Assembly (NCBI GenBank): GCA_002269645.1
Contig: NIVC01001517.1
Coordinates: 132,465 to 196,464, forward strand
DNA: 64,000 nt
Direction: 5' to 3'
Source of the DNA: Macrostomum lignano
Lineage: Eukaryota
A program made the position numbers and the translations under genes. The notes beneath the pieces are model-generated. The model was not told the origin of the DNA and searched no databases. It saw nothing but the letters and a program-made list of their open reading frames with translations. Positions 1 through 11,395 of the stretch are shown piece after piece. The number at the start of each line of letters is the position of its first letter. The stretch's first letter is position 1.

Positions 1-467
1 AGTGCTCATTCTGGTGACTCAGTGCTCATTCTGGTGACTCAGTGCTCATTCTGGTGACTCAGTGCTCATTCTGGTGACTCAGTGCTCATTCTGGTGACTC
101 AGTGCTCATTTTGTTCATTCAGGGATCCTGTTGGTGACTCAGTGCTCATTCTGGTGACTCAGTGCTCATTCTGGTGACTCAGTGCTCATTCTGGTGACTC
201 AGTGCTCATTCTGGTGACTCAGTGCTCATTCTGGTGACTCAGTGCTCATTCTGGTGACTCAGTGCTCATTCTGGTGACTCAGTGCTCATTCTGGTGACTC
301 AGTGCTCATTCTGGTGACTCAGTGCTCATTCTGGTGACTCAGTGCTCATTCTGGTGACTCAGTGCTCATTCTGGTGACTCAGTGCTCATTTTGTTCATTC
401 AGGGATCCTGTTGGTGACTCAGTGCTCATTCTTGTGACTCAGTGCTCATTTTGTGACTCAGTGCTCA
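1..467. repeat. 20-bp minisatellite (AGTGCTCATTCTGGTGACTC)n, truncated at window start
   Basis: Near-perfect 20-bp tandem units. A 40-bp variant (…TTTTGTTCATTCAGGGATCCTGTTGGTGACTC) occurs twice, at 101-140 and 381-420. Confidence 0.97.
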
Positions 468-970
468 CCCCAAGGCTGCATCTCACTGACGCACCTCAAG
501 GCTTGTACTTATGAGGATTGTGAAGTTGCCCCGCCAGATGCTCTGTCTAGAGCTCCGCGGGCTGAACCGGTTCCAACACCGACAGCCTTCGCAGCCCAGC
601 GGGAGGTCCATGCCTACTAATTTTTCATAAATTTTTACCCTCTAGCTGGCATTTTAGCGACTGGCTTTCAACTTTGCATCTCATCTGCGCTGCTGTTTCC
701 CCAGGCTTGGAGTAGCCGTGTCTCAGTCTCGCTAATGAGCAGGTGTTGCAGCGTTTGCCTTGTCCGTCTGTCTGCTTTTGTCCGTCTTTTAGGCTCGGTA
801 TTTGCTGCCTGTGTGTATTTGAACTCGGACACAATGGCCGCGGGCTATGCAAGGTGATTAGGGAGTCACAGGAACCGAAAATTGGTGAGGTTCTGTGCGT
901 GCCTTGCTGCTTTGTGACACTTAGACTGGGCATTTGTTCTGTCAGCTGATGGGAGGTTCACCGCTTTAGA

Positions 971-1706
971 GATGGGAATTCCCTGTTGCAGATATGGGGA
1001 ATTCCCTGCTGTAGATATGGGGAATTCCCTGTTGCAGATATGGGGAATTCCCTGTTGCAGATATGGGGAATTCCCTGCTGTAGATATGGGAATTCCCTGC
1101 TGTAGATATGGGGAATTCGCTGCTGTAGATATGGGGAATTCGCTGCTGTTAGATATGGAGAATTCCCTACTGTAGTTATGGGGAATTCGCTGTTGTTAGA
1201 TATGGAGAATTACCTACTGTAGAAATGGGGAATTCCCTACTGTAGATATGGGGAATTCCTTGCTGTTAGATATGGAGTATTACGTACTGTAGAAATGGGG
1301 AATTCCCTGCTGCAGATATGGGGAATTCCCTGTTGTTAGATATGGACAATTTCCTACTGTAGAAATGGGGAATTCCATAACTGTAGATATGGAGAATTCG
1401 CTACTGTAGATATGGGGAATTCCCTGCTGCAGATATGGGGAATTCCCTGCTGTAAATAAACTGAGGGGAATTGCCTGATGTAGATATGGGGAATTCGCTG
1501 CTGTTAGATATGGAGAATTCCCTACTGTAGATATGGGGAATTCCCTACTGTAGTTATGGGGAATTCCCTACTGCAGCTATGGAGAGCTCACAAATGTAAA
1601 TTTGGAGAATTCCCTACTGTAGATATGGATATTTCCCTACCGTAGATATGGAGAATTCCCTTCTGCAGCTATTGATAATGCCCTATTACAGATATGGAGA
1701 ATTCCT
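971..1706. repeat. 22-24-bp minisatellite (GTAGATATGGGGAATTCCCTGCT)n
   Basis: About 30 imperfect tandem units that degenerate towards the 3' end; the core is the palindrome GGGAATTCCC. Confidence 0.95.
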
Positions 1707-2079
1707 AGACACACAGAGTGCATGTCAAAAATTGGATGGCAAATCCAAGGTACAGCACAAATGTCTCAAACAGTAATTACGGTAACAGTGTGAGCAGTGC
1801 TGGCTCCGCTAAATGCACTCGGAGTCCAGGCTGAGAAGTGCTCAATAAATCCAACGGAGAACGCATTAAAGGCAGTTCCCAGGCTCGGATTTGGTCTCAA
1901 GCCGGCCCTCCTGCTGCGGTCATTCGGCCAAGAGCCTCTCAGGGCTTGGAAGGCTGGCGAAGTGGCGGACCACCCAGTGCCGCGTGCGTCTGATGACAAG
2001 CTGTCAATCTGACAGCTCGCGTAGCATATTTTGAATTTGACCCCTTGACGAATTGGCCTGGCATTTTGAGGTTACTTTT

Positions 2080-2588
2080 GGCGCCACTGAGGTGTCTTTT
2101 TGGCACCTCGAGGTGTCCTTTTGGCGCTACTGAGGTCTGAGGTGTCCTACTAGCACCACCTGAGGTGTCTAGCACCTGACTAGCACCTGACTAGCACCAC
2201 CACTTTTAAGCACCACTGAGGTGTCTTTAAAGCGCCACTGAGGTGTCTTTTAAACGCCACTGAGGTGTCTTTAAAGCGCCACTGAGGTGTCTTTTAAACG
2301 CCACTGAGGTGTCTTTAAAGCGCCACTGAGGTGTCTTTAAAGCGCCACTGAGGTGTCTTTTAAACGCCACTGAGGTGTCTTTTGAAGCGCCACTGAGGTG
2401 TCTTTAAAGCGCCACAGAGGTGTCTTTTGAAGCGCCACTGAAGTGTCTGTTAAAGCGCCACTGAGGTGTCTTTAAAGCGTCACTGAGGTGTACTTTTAAG
2501 CGCCACTGAGGTGTACTTTTAAGCGCCACTGAGGTGTACTTTTAAGCGCCACTGAGGTGTACTTTTAAGCGCCACTGAGGTGTACTTT
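2080..2588. repeat. 22-23-bp minisatellite (GCCACTGAGGTGTCTTTAAAGC)n
   Basis: Tandem units visible directly; GTGTAC variants cluster at the 3' end. Confidence 0.95.
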
Positions 2589-3007
2589 ACTCAGTATCCA
2601 AGATTGCTTCATTGCCAGGATTAAAGGTTTTTGCTACAGAGATTACAGTCACGCTATAGTGCTTGCATAGTTAGTGGCAGCTATGAAATATGAGAATGAA
2701 ATGAAAATGCCTGCATGCGTTTGAGGCCGCATCCATACGAGAGATCCAGAACTAGAACCTTGTTCGAGAACCTTGGAACTTGGCTACTACTTCCTTTGCC
2801 GCATCACTACGAAAACAATTATTTACTGAAGAAAACATGCAGCTAGAGACCAGCAACCCCAGCTCCCGTTCACTCAGCTGCGCCTCATTTTGAGTCATTT
2901 GGAATAGCTCAAAAACCTTGGCCGATTTTCATTTTCTGTTGAAGCCTGAAGCATTCATCACTCTCATTCTAATTGATTGACAGGTGGCGGGTTGAGAGAG
3001 GTGAAGC

Positions 3008-3010
<3 letters not shown>

Positions 3011-3078
<68 letters not shown>
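3011..3078. repeat. (GA)n microsatellite
   Basis: Perfect dinucleotide run. Confidence 0.98.
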
Positions 3079-3080
<2 letters not shown>

Positions 3081-3384
3081 CCTGCGGACCCGTGAAGGAG
3101 CCTGTTCTGCAGCCTGGCCACTCCATGCAGAGCTGCAATTAAGCATGCTGCAGGCCTCCTGTGCATCTGTGCATTCAACTGTTGTTGCAATACCTTTTTG
3201 TCTATCATGTCTAATTGGTGTCTGGTGGTGGCCAAGATGAGCTTTCATCATTGAGCCCGAGCTCTGACATTGCTTGCAGCTGCAGCAATTAATTAGGCAG
3301 TTTAAGTGGTCTGGAGGGGCCACCTCACCCAGTGTGCTCTGCTGACTCAGCCTGCTCATGTAGCTTAAATTGCTTGGCATAAAT

Positions 3385-3397
3385 GATAGATAGATAA

Positions 3398-3488
<91 letters not shown>

Positions 3489-3497
3489 CATAGATAC

Positions 3498-3530
<33 letters not shown>

Positions 3531-3540
3531 CAGATAGACA
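3385..3540. repeat. (GATA)n microsatellite
   Basis: Tetranucleotide run with a few GACA/TACA variants. Confidence 0.98.
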
Positions 3541-3733
3541 CAAAGCCGCAGTGAAAGTGACCCAGGCTGCCACTTGTCAGAGGTGCCAAATTGACTGCCC
3601 AGCGGGCGGTTTCCAATTAGGCGAGTATTTAAAAAAATCAGTGATCGGAGCGAAGTGGGAGGCGAGGCCTCAGCTGATAATTGCCCCGGCTTCCCCTTGG
3701 CCGGCACTTCACAATGCCTGACTTTGCTCGCCG

Positions 3734-4152
3734 CTAAGCACGCAGACCATTGGGCGCAACATTAAGGAAGTCGCTCCGGACGCCAGTGGAGCTTGCAGCC
3801 TCCCGCGGCGATCCTGGAAGCTTCTTGAACAGCTCAGAGACACCCCGCTGTGACTTGCCGCCGAAGGCTGAAGCCAAGCGCGAGAATGGGGATTTAGTTT
3901 TCTTTGAAGATCCCATTTCGATTCGACTCCCAACAATGGCCCTCTGCTTTTCCTGCAAAGTCGCTCCTCCCACCGTGCCTGCGGGGAGCTCCGACTTCGT
4001 TTTGGATTTGGGGTCAGTTGGCGGACCCCCGCCTGTGACACAATCTGGCGGCTTCCTCTCTGGATGCACCCACGGTTTTTCTTCCAGTTGTTGAAAATCT
4101 GCTCTATAAAGTTTGCCATCGATACATATCGGGAGAATAACTTCAACGCTAT
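3734..4152 (-). CDS. candidate terminal exon of an unidentified minus-strand gene
   Basis: Non-repetitive open frame (D)SVEVILPICIDGKLYRADFQQLEEKPW…GLRA* after a pyrimidine-rich acceptor (…ccatctacattag|AT, phase 1). 419 nt = 2 + 139 codons. No family recognised. Confidence 0.4.
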
Positions 4153-5060
4153 CTAATGTAGATGGAGACAATAAAATTTAGAACTGCGGGTCGAATTTAT
4201 TCTGCAAAATAATTTTATTTGAAGATTTTATGAAACATGAGGTTTGATGTTTTTAAAAGTTGACGATGCCTACTACTTGAGTAGTCTGCTAAGCATGTAT
4301 GAACCAGAGATGTATTTGCTTGTCAACGTGGCTTTGTGAGTATGTCTTTGTGTCGAAAAGTTGGTTTCATCCGTAAATCCAATTTGCCTTATATATCGGC
4401 AACGCCATCACTAACAACTTTTCTCTATTTAAAAGCCACTGCGAAGAAATCATGCTTCAATATTTAAAAAAGATTTTAAACCTGAACTGCAATTAATCCT
4501 ACTGCAAGTAGCATGATGCATTGAAAAGTTAAACTAAAAGTAAGAGAAGATTTCAGTAATTGTTTTTGCACTTGACTCACACTGAATTTCAGCCTCAACT
4601 GACACGGATAGGTCGATTGTGCAAGACTTAAAATGCTAAGCTTGTAGATTAAAAGCAAATTCATATCAAATTTGAAATAGGATCTTTCAAGCATTAAGAT
4701 ACGAGTCGTACACTTCAAATGTTTTGAACATTATCTAGGCTCCCAGTATGCTCAACTTAAAGCATCTAGGTTATATACGCTCGTACGGGGCTTCACTTCT
4801 TCAGAAAAATGGGTCCTTCATGAATTTTTTTCCTTAAAAATGTATCCTAACTGGTTGTTCCCTTTGAAGTTTAGAATCCCGCGGATTTTTTACACCCTAA
4901 GAAAACGAAGTCTTCAATTCTGGTCTACAATACTTTTTGTAGGACTGTGAACCTTGGCCCTGGAAGCAAAGTAAGACGATGTAAGCATCATTTCATTTAT
5001 CGGGCTCTGGGACTGGTTGAAACCGTCCCGCATAACAAAATAAAGATAAATAACTCTGAC

Positions 5061-5155
5061 CTGCAGTAGAAGGTCTCTGAATTCCGTGTCGGTACTGTGG
5101 ATTGGATTCTCAAAATATTCTAAATATAGCTCGCACGTATATAATTCATTCGAGT
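5061..5155 (-). CDS. candidate internal exon, probably the same unidentified gene
   Basis: Acceptor atcttgtcag|, open frame (D)SNELYTCELYLEYFENPIHSTDTEFRDLLLQ, donor CAG|gtcaga. Confidence 0.35.
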
Positions 5156-5364
5156 CTGACAAGATATTTCTGTTTGTTATTTTATTAGCTTTTGTTTCTC
5201 AGTCCGGTTGACTCAGCTTGCGATTGAAAACAGAAAACTGCTCAGAATTGGCACTGAGTCACTGCCAGTGCGTATTGAAAATAATGAGAGGGTGCAAAAC
5301 GGAGTCTTTGAAACATTGTAACGTAAATTTAAATGTCGAGAAGAATTATGGTTCCATCTTCCAT

Positions 5365-5850
5365 GTTAACCGCTACTGCAACCCCCCAAGCAACCGCCCC
5401 AGCAACTGCTCCTGCAACCGCCCCAGGAACCGCCCCAGCAACTGCTCCTGCAACCGCCCCAGGAACCGCCCTAGCAGCCGCCCCAGTAACCACCTCAGCA
5501 ACAGCCCCAGCAACCCGCCCCAGCAACCGCCCCAGCAACCGCCCCAGCAACCGCCCCAGCAACCGTCCCAGCAACCGCTCCAGAAACCGCCACAGCAACC
5601 ACCACAGAAACCGCCCCAGCAACCGCCCCAACCCCTGCAACCGCCTCTGCAACCGTCCCAGCAACCGCCCCAGAAACCGCCCCAGCAACCACCACAGAAA
5701 CCGCCCCAACAACCGCCCCAACCCCTGCAACCGCCCTAGCAACCGCCCCTGCAACCGCCCCTGCAACCGCCCCTGCAACCGCCCCTGCAACCGCCCCTGC
5801 AACCGCCCCTGCAACCGCTCCTGCAACCGCCCCTGCAACCGCTCCTGGAC
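5365..5850. repeat. 12-bp minisatellite (GCAACCGCCCCW)n
   Basis: Tandem units that explain ORFs 5218..5739, 5329..5889, 5333..5857 and 5495..5932. Confidence 0.93.
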
Positions 5851-6592
5851 TGTCTGAGGTGAGTTTCGACAAGCAGTAAAAAGTACCAATTTGGTGTAGC
5901 CAGTAACCCCAAAGAAACTTAGAGAGTATCATTTTTCAAGCAAAAGATGTATGATAAAACGAGATAAAGAGTTTCAGACAAGAAATCAAGAATGCAAGAA
6001 TGGAGTTATGATATTTCGGGTTTATGATGGGAAATGCTTTCGGAGTTGTAATTTTTCGGGTTTATGATGGCGACCCCCTAGCTGTGACGATGCTGTCAGT
6101 CAAGACCGTTCTTTAAATTTCTCTTTCCCTTCACGATCTCATTTTGAAAGTGGCTCCCTGATCCCCATCAGCAAATATAATAAATAATTGAACGGAAATC
6201 CCCAGCTCTACGGGCGAGCCAGAAATGCAGTAAGTGTTTATATATCATCATCAATCCACCAAAGCTTTCTATCTTCCCAGGATTATTTCCCATTTCCAAT
6301 GATAGCCAACGATTTTTCATCCCAAAAAGACTGCTTGCCCGGAATTCAGGCCGCACCGGAGGTTTCGATTTCTCTCAGAGACTCTCGACCGAGTGCTGGG
6401 GAAGCAAATCTGGGATCCGGGATCAGGATGGCTTCTCGACCTCCGCCAGGCCTTGGCACTGCTCAGCGCCTTCCTTCCCCTTCTCCCTCAGGAGTGACTC
6501 GCGACCACCCTGCCTGCCTGCTGCGCCTCCTGAGTGCTCTGCGGCCTTGAGCTGCTCTTTTGGATTCTCTCTGCTCTGCGCCTTAACGTTAG

Positions 6593-6669
6593 CTCTCCTC
6601 TCCTCCTCTCCTCTCCTCTCCTCTCCTCTCCTCTCCTCTCCTCTCCTCTCCTCTCCTCTCCTCTCCTCT
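6593..6669. repeat. (CCTCT)n microsatellite
   Basis: Perfect pentanucleotide run. Confidence 0.97.
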
Positions 6670-6877
6670 GAAAACTGAAAGGAGCTAAAAGTTTATCTAT
6701 TTTCAAATCAGTTGAAATTTCTAACAACTTCATCTTGCGCACAGGAAATTAAAACAAAAGTTAGCTGACCTACAATTCACCTAAAAAGTGCAAATTTAAC
6801 CCCCCCCCCCAGTTGACAATCTGTTAGATCTAGTTCTTTTGCTGGCTGCTCAAACCTGCAATGCAGAAGTTCACGTG

Positions 6878-6903
6878 ACACACACACACACACACACACA
6901 CAC
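6878..6903. repeat. (CA)n microsatellite
   Basis: Short dinucleotide run. Confidence 0.95.
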
Positions 6904-7643
6904 CCAGTCACACAACTTGCCGTTAAACCAGTTCTTATTGAAATGCCCTCCCCAGAGTGCGCAGCTAAAAGTACATCTGAGATTAATGGTCTCATTCAGA
7001 TAAACTGAATGACAGAGATAAACCAGCATACGCACAAGCATGTCACATGATGCACCGTTAGTCCATATCTGGAAGCCACTTCCACTGGGGGGTGTGGCCC
7101 CAGTGACACAGGACTCATCTCAGCAAGTGTTATTTAAAGACCAACCCAGCTCAGCCCATACCAAATTAAAACACTGAGTTCTGGCAGCAACCTCAGCCGC
7201 AGCGCACTGAAAGTTCACTGCTGCCCCACCCTCTGTATTCTGCATGTCTCTGCACTGCAGCGCATTTCTGTGTCGGACCACAACTTAGCTGAGAAAGGAG
7301 TGCCGTACAGTGTTGCTGGGGGGTCTATCAATATGGATGAGAGCGACCTCGGCCTTCCCAAGGGCGTTCTCTTAGCGCTGCGCACCCCGCTAAGCTCAGT
7401 GGCGCGTGGCGCGGGCCAGGGGTGAAGCCACACCGCTAGGCCAGTGACGGCATGTCCGAAGAGACCGAAACCTGTGGTCTGGAGTGGCAACTCCTTTCAT
7501 AATGCCCCGGAGTTTTTTATGTTCAAATGAGATAATATGAAACTCTTGGCAATTTTTGTTTTGGCAAGCTGTAATTTGGTCTCATTTTTAGTTTGCGTTT
7601 ATATTCATTTTCGATCCCAATTTGTTCACCGGGTTTATTTTCT

Positions 7644-9745
7644 GAGGGAAGAGAGGAGAGAGGAGAGAGGAGAAAGGAGACATGACGAGGAGAGAGGAGA
7701 GAAGAGAGATGGGGAGAGGAGAGAAGAGGAGAGAGGAGAGGAGAGGAGAGAGAGGAGAGAGAGAAGAGAGTAGAGAGGGAAGAGAGAAAGTAGAGAGGAG
7801 AGGGGAGAGAAGAGAGAGTAGAGAGGAGAGGGGAGAGATGAGAGAGGAGTCGGAGAGTGGAAAGGAGGGAGGATAGAAGAGAGAGGAGAGAGGAGAGAGG
7901 AGAGAGGAGAGAGGAGAGAGGAGAGAGGAGAGAGGAGAGTGGAGAGGAGGGAGGATAGAAGAGAGAGGAGAGGGGAGAGATGAGAGAGGAGTCGGAGAGT
8001 GGAGAGGAGGGAGGATAGAAGAGAGAGGAGAGAGGAGAGAGGAGAGAGGAGAGAGGAGAGAGGAGAGAGGAGAGTGGAGAGGAGGGAGGATAGAAGAGAG
8101 AGGAGAGAGGAGAGAGGAGAGAGGAGAGAGGAGAGAGGAGAGAGGAGAGAGGAGAGAGGAGAGAGGAGAGAGGAGAGAGGAGAGGAGAGATGGGGAGAGG
8201 AGAGGGGAGAGAGGAGAGAGGAGAGAGGAGAGTGGAGAGGAGGGAGGATAGAAGAGAGAGGAGAGAGGAGAGAGGAGAGAGGAGAGAGGAGAGAGGAGAG
8301 AGGAGAGAGGAGAGAGGAGAGAGGAGAGAGGAGAGAGGAGAGAGGAGAGAGGAGAGGGGAGAGATGAGAGAGGAGTCGGAGAGTGGAGAGGAGGGAGGAT
8401 AGAAGAGAGAGGAGAGAGGAGAGAGGAGAGAGGAGAGAGGAGAGAGGAGAGAGGAGAGTGGAGAGGAGGGAGGATAGAAGAGAGAGGAGAGAGGAGAGAG
8501 GAGAGAGGAGAGAGGAGAGAGGAGAGAGGAGAGAGGAGAGAGGAGAGAGGAGAGAGGAGAGAGGAGAGGGGAGAGATGAGAGAGGAGTCGGAGAGTGGAG
8601 AGGAGGGAGGATAGAAGAGAGAGGAGAGAGGAGAGAGGAGAGAGGAGAGAGGAGAGAGGAGAGAGGAGAGAGGAGAGAGGAGAGAGGAGAGAGGAGAGAG
8701 GAGAGAGGAGAGAGGAGAGAGGAGAGAGGAGAGGGGAGAGAAGAGAGAGTAGAGAGGAGAGGGGAGAGATGAGAGAGGAGTCGGAGAGTGGAGAGGAGGG
8801 AGGATAGAAGAGAGAGGAGAGAGGAGAGAGGAGAGAGGAGAGAGGAGAGAGGAGAGAGGAGAGTGGAGAGGAGGGAGGATAGAAGAGAGAGGAGAGAGGA
8901 GAGAGGAGAGAGGAGAGAGGAGAGAGGAGAGAGGAGAGAGGAGAGAGGAGAGAGGAGAGAGGAGAGAGGAGAGAGGAGAGAGGAGAGAGGAGAGAGGATA
9001 GAAGAGAGAGGAGAGAGGAGAGAGGAGAGAGGAGAGAGGAGAGAGGAGAGAGGAGAGAGGAGAGAGGAGAGAGGAGAGAGGAGAGAGGAGAGAGGAGAGA
9101 GGAGAGATGGGGAGAGGAGAGAAGAGGAGAGAGGAGAGGAGAGGAGAGAGAGGAGAGAGGGAAGAGAGAGTAGAGAGGAGAGGGGAGAGAAGAGAGAGTA
9201 GAGAGGAGAGGGGAGAGATGAGAGAGGAGTCGGAGAGTGGAGAGGAGGGAGGATAGAAGAGAGAGGAGAGAGGAGAGAGGAGAGAGGAGAGAGAGGAGAG
9301 GAGAGAGAGGAGAGAGGAGAGAAGAGAGAGAGAGGAGAGAGGAGAGAGGAGAGAGAGAGAGGAGAGAGGAGAGAGGAGAGAGGATAGAAGAGAGAGGAGA
9401 GAGAGAGAGGAGAGAGGAGAGAGGAGAGAGGAGAGAGGAGAGGGGAGAGAGGAGAGAGGAGAGAAGAGAGAGGAGAGAGGAGAGAGGAGAGAGGAGAGAG
9501 GAGAGAGGAGAGAAGAGAGAGGTGAGGGGAGAGAGGAGAGAGGAGAGAAGAGAGAGGAGAGAGGAGAGAGGAGAGAAGAGAGAGGAGAGAGGAGAGAGGA
9601 GAGAGGAGAGAGGAGAGAGGAGAGAGGAGAGAGGAGAGAGGAGAGAGGAGAGAAGAGAGAGGAGAGAGGAGAGAGGAGAGAAGATAGAGGAGAGAAGAGA
9701 GATAAGAGAGGTGAGAGTCGAGAGGAGAAAGGAGAGAGGAGGGGG
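7644..9745. repeat. 2.1-kb polypurine array based on (GAGAGGA)n
   Basis: Almost only A/G on the + strand. A marker GTCGGAGAGTGG recurs six times (about 7849, 7991, 8375, 8587, 8780, 9229). Confidence 0.97.
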
Positions 9746-10521
9746 TAGGTACCTGTTTGATATTAATTACTATTTGCACTTTAACTTTATTCACTGTTTG
9801 TTGTTTTGTCCGGAGACAGCCTCCCAGAGAATGTGCGGCAGCTGTTGATGTTTGTCAGAAAATTCTCACTCCGCACTCCCAGATAATAGCAAACAGACAG
9901 CCTTGGCTCGGATGCGAGGTACACTGAATGCGTACACTTAGCAGCACCCCCTGCCGCTGTCTCACGCCACTGTTGAAACTGCATTGGCTGGTACAAAGCC
10001 AGTCTGCACGGAGAGACAGACAGGCGGATAGAGAGGAGAGTGTACGGCCCGTAGCTGCACTGCCCCACAGATGCACACTCCGAGAGAAGAGAGAGGGGGA
10101 GAGGCAGCGGGAGAGCCGCACAGGGGGCGTCAGTGGCTGCATAGGACGAGGCTTCACTCGTGGACTTTACTCGCGGCCTTGGGACGAGGCGGGGGGTTGG
10201 CAGTGCTGGGGGAAACTGGCCTTTATATGTCAGCCAGTTGGCCCTCTGCCTGGCCTTGCCCTGCCCCATTTTCCGCTCTGAATTTGGGAAGGAAGGAAGG
10301 AAGGTGACGCCAAGGAGTGAGTGGAGCAGGTGAGGCGGTGGAGCTCTAAGTGAAGAGGTTTAAGAAAGATCCGGTTCCGAGCAACCCGAGTCAGGCGACT
10401 TCGCCACCAGCCACCTCGAGAGCAGATTGGTCCGCTAGCTTTCTGCTGTCCACTATATAGCGTTGGCATCGAGCCTCCCAGCTTAGACCAGAGCTAACTT
10501 CGTCCAGAACCAGCAGCAGAC

Positions 10522-10701
10522 ATGAATGTGGTCAGCCAGCTGTGGTCCACCGTGTCCAACTACTACCGGACGCTGAACCCGGCCACCCTTTCCGGCGCTA
10601 TCGACGTCATCGTGGTTGAGCAGCCGGACGGCACCTTGAAGAGCAGCCCGTTCCACGCCAGGTTCGGCAAGACTGGCATCCTCAGACCGCAGGAAAATGT
10701 G
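10522..10701 (+). CDS. LPIN: lipin (phosphatidate phosphatase), coding exon 1, N-LIP domain
   Basis: MNVVSQL…[43 protein letters not shown] matches the lipin N-LIP motif. Phase-0 donor GTG|gtgagt at 10702. Confidence 0.95.
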
Positions 10702-10738
10702 GTGAGTAGCTGCTCCATGCTCATTTGATCATCTAGGT

Positions 10739-11146
10739 CAGGGGTCGGCAAACTCCGGCCCGCAAAGCCTCTCTATCCGGCACTAGGGTCCTTTGAAGCT
10801 TCACAGTAATGCTCAGGGTTTGTCTCTTCTCAGCTCTCCTCTGTCACCTCTCTCTTCTCCTCTCCTCTCTTCTCTCTTCCTCTCCTCTCCTCTCCTCTCC
10901 TCTCCTCTCCTCTCCTCTCCTCTCCTCTCCTCTCCTCTCCTCTCCTCTCCTCTCCTCTCCTCTCCTCTCCTCTCCTCTCCTCTCCTCTATTCTCTCCTAC
11001 TTCATCTCTTCTCTCCTCTCGTTTCCTTTATTCCCTCTCCTCTTTTTTTCTATTTCCTTTCTCAATTTTCTCTCCCCTGTCCTATCCTCTGGCCCGCAGT
11101 CATGCGTCTCTATCTGGCCCTTACGGTAAAAAGTTGCCGACCCCTG
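10739..11146. mobile_element. non-autonomous hAT (Buster/Charlie-type) MITE in lipin intron 1
   Basis: 13-bp perfect TIRs CAGGGGTCGGCAA…TTGCCGACCCCTG. Exact 8-bp TSD ATCTAGGT at 10731-10738 and 11147-11154. Subterminal GGCCCGC motifs and an internal (CCTCT)n expansion. Confidence 0.92.
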
Positions 11147-11395
11147 ATCTAGGTGGATCATGAGCTCGGGACAGAACTTATCAAACTTCACCCAGTAATC
11201 CTATCAGCTTATGTGTTTGAGGCCTGATTCCCAAACCCTGATCCAGTCCACTGAGGCAAACAAGATTAGGTTAGTCGGGTTAGCGGCCGAAATCGAATAG
11301 AACCAAGTGCACCCAGTTGAAAATGATTGAATTCATCCTGAACTCAGCCAGGCTGATCCCTTCTTAGTGTCCTATTTCTCCTCGCTCATTTCAAG

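Noticed and set aside
6230-6280. Canonical-looking 51-nt plus-strand intron (gtaagt…cttcccag)
   Set aside because: Upstream frames are closed within about 45 nt and no coherent gene model emerges.
7635-9848. 719-aa LSPLSSL ORF and REERGER ORFs
   Set aside because: Translations of a purine microsatellite-like array; no unique domain, start context or splice support.
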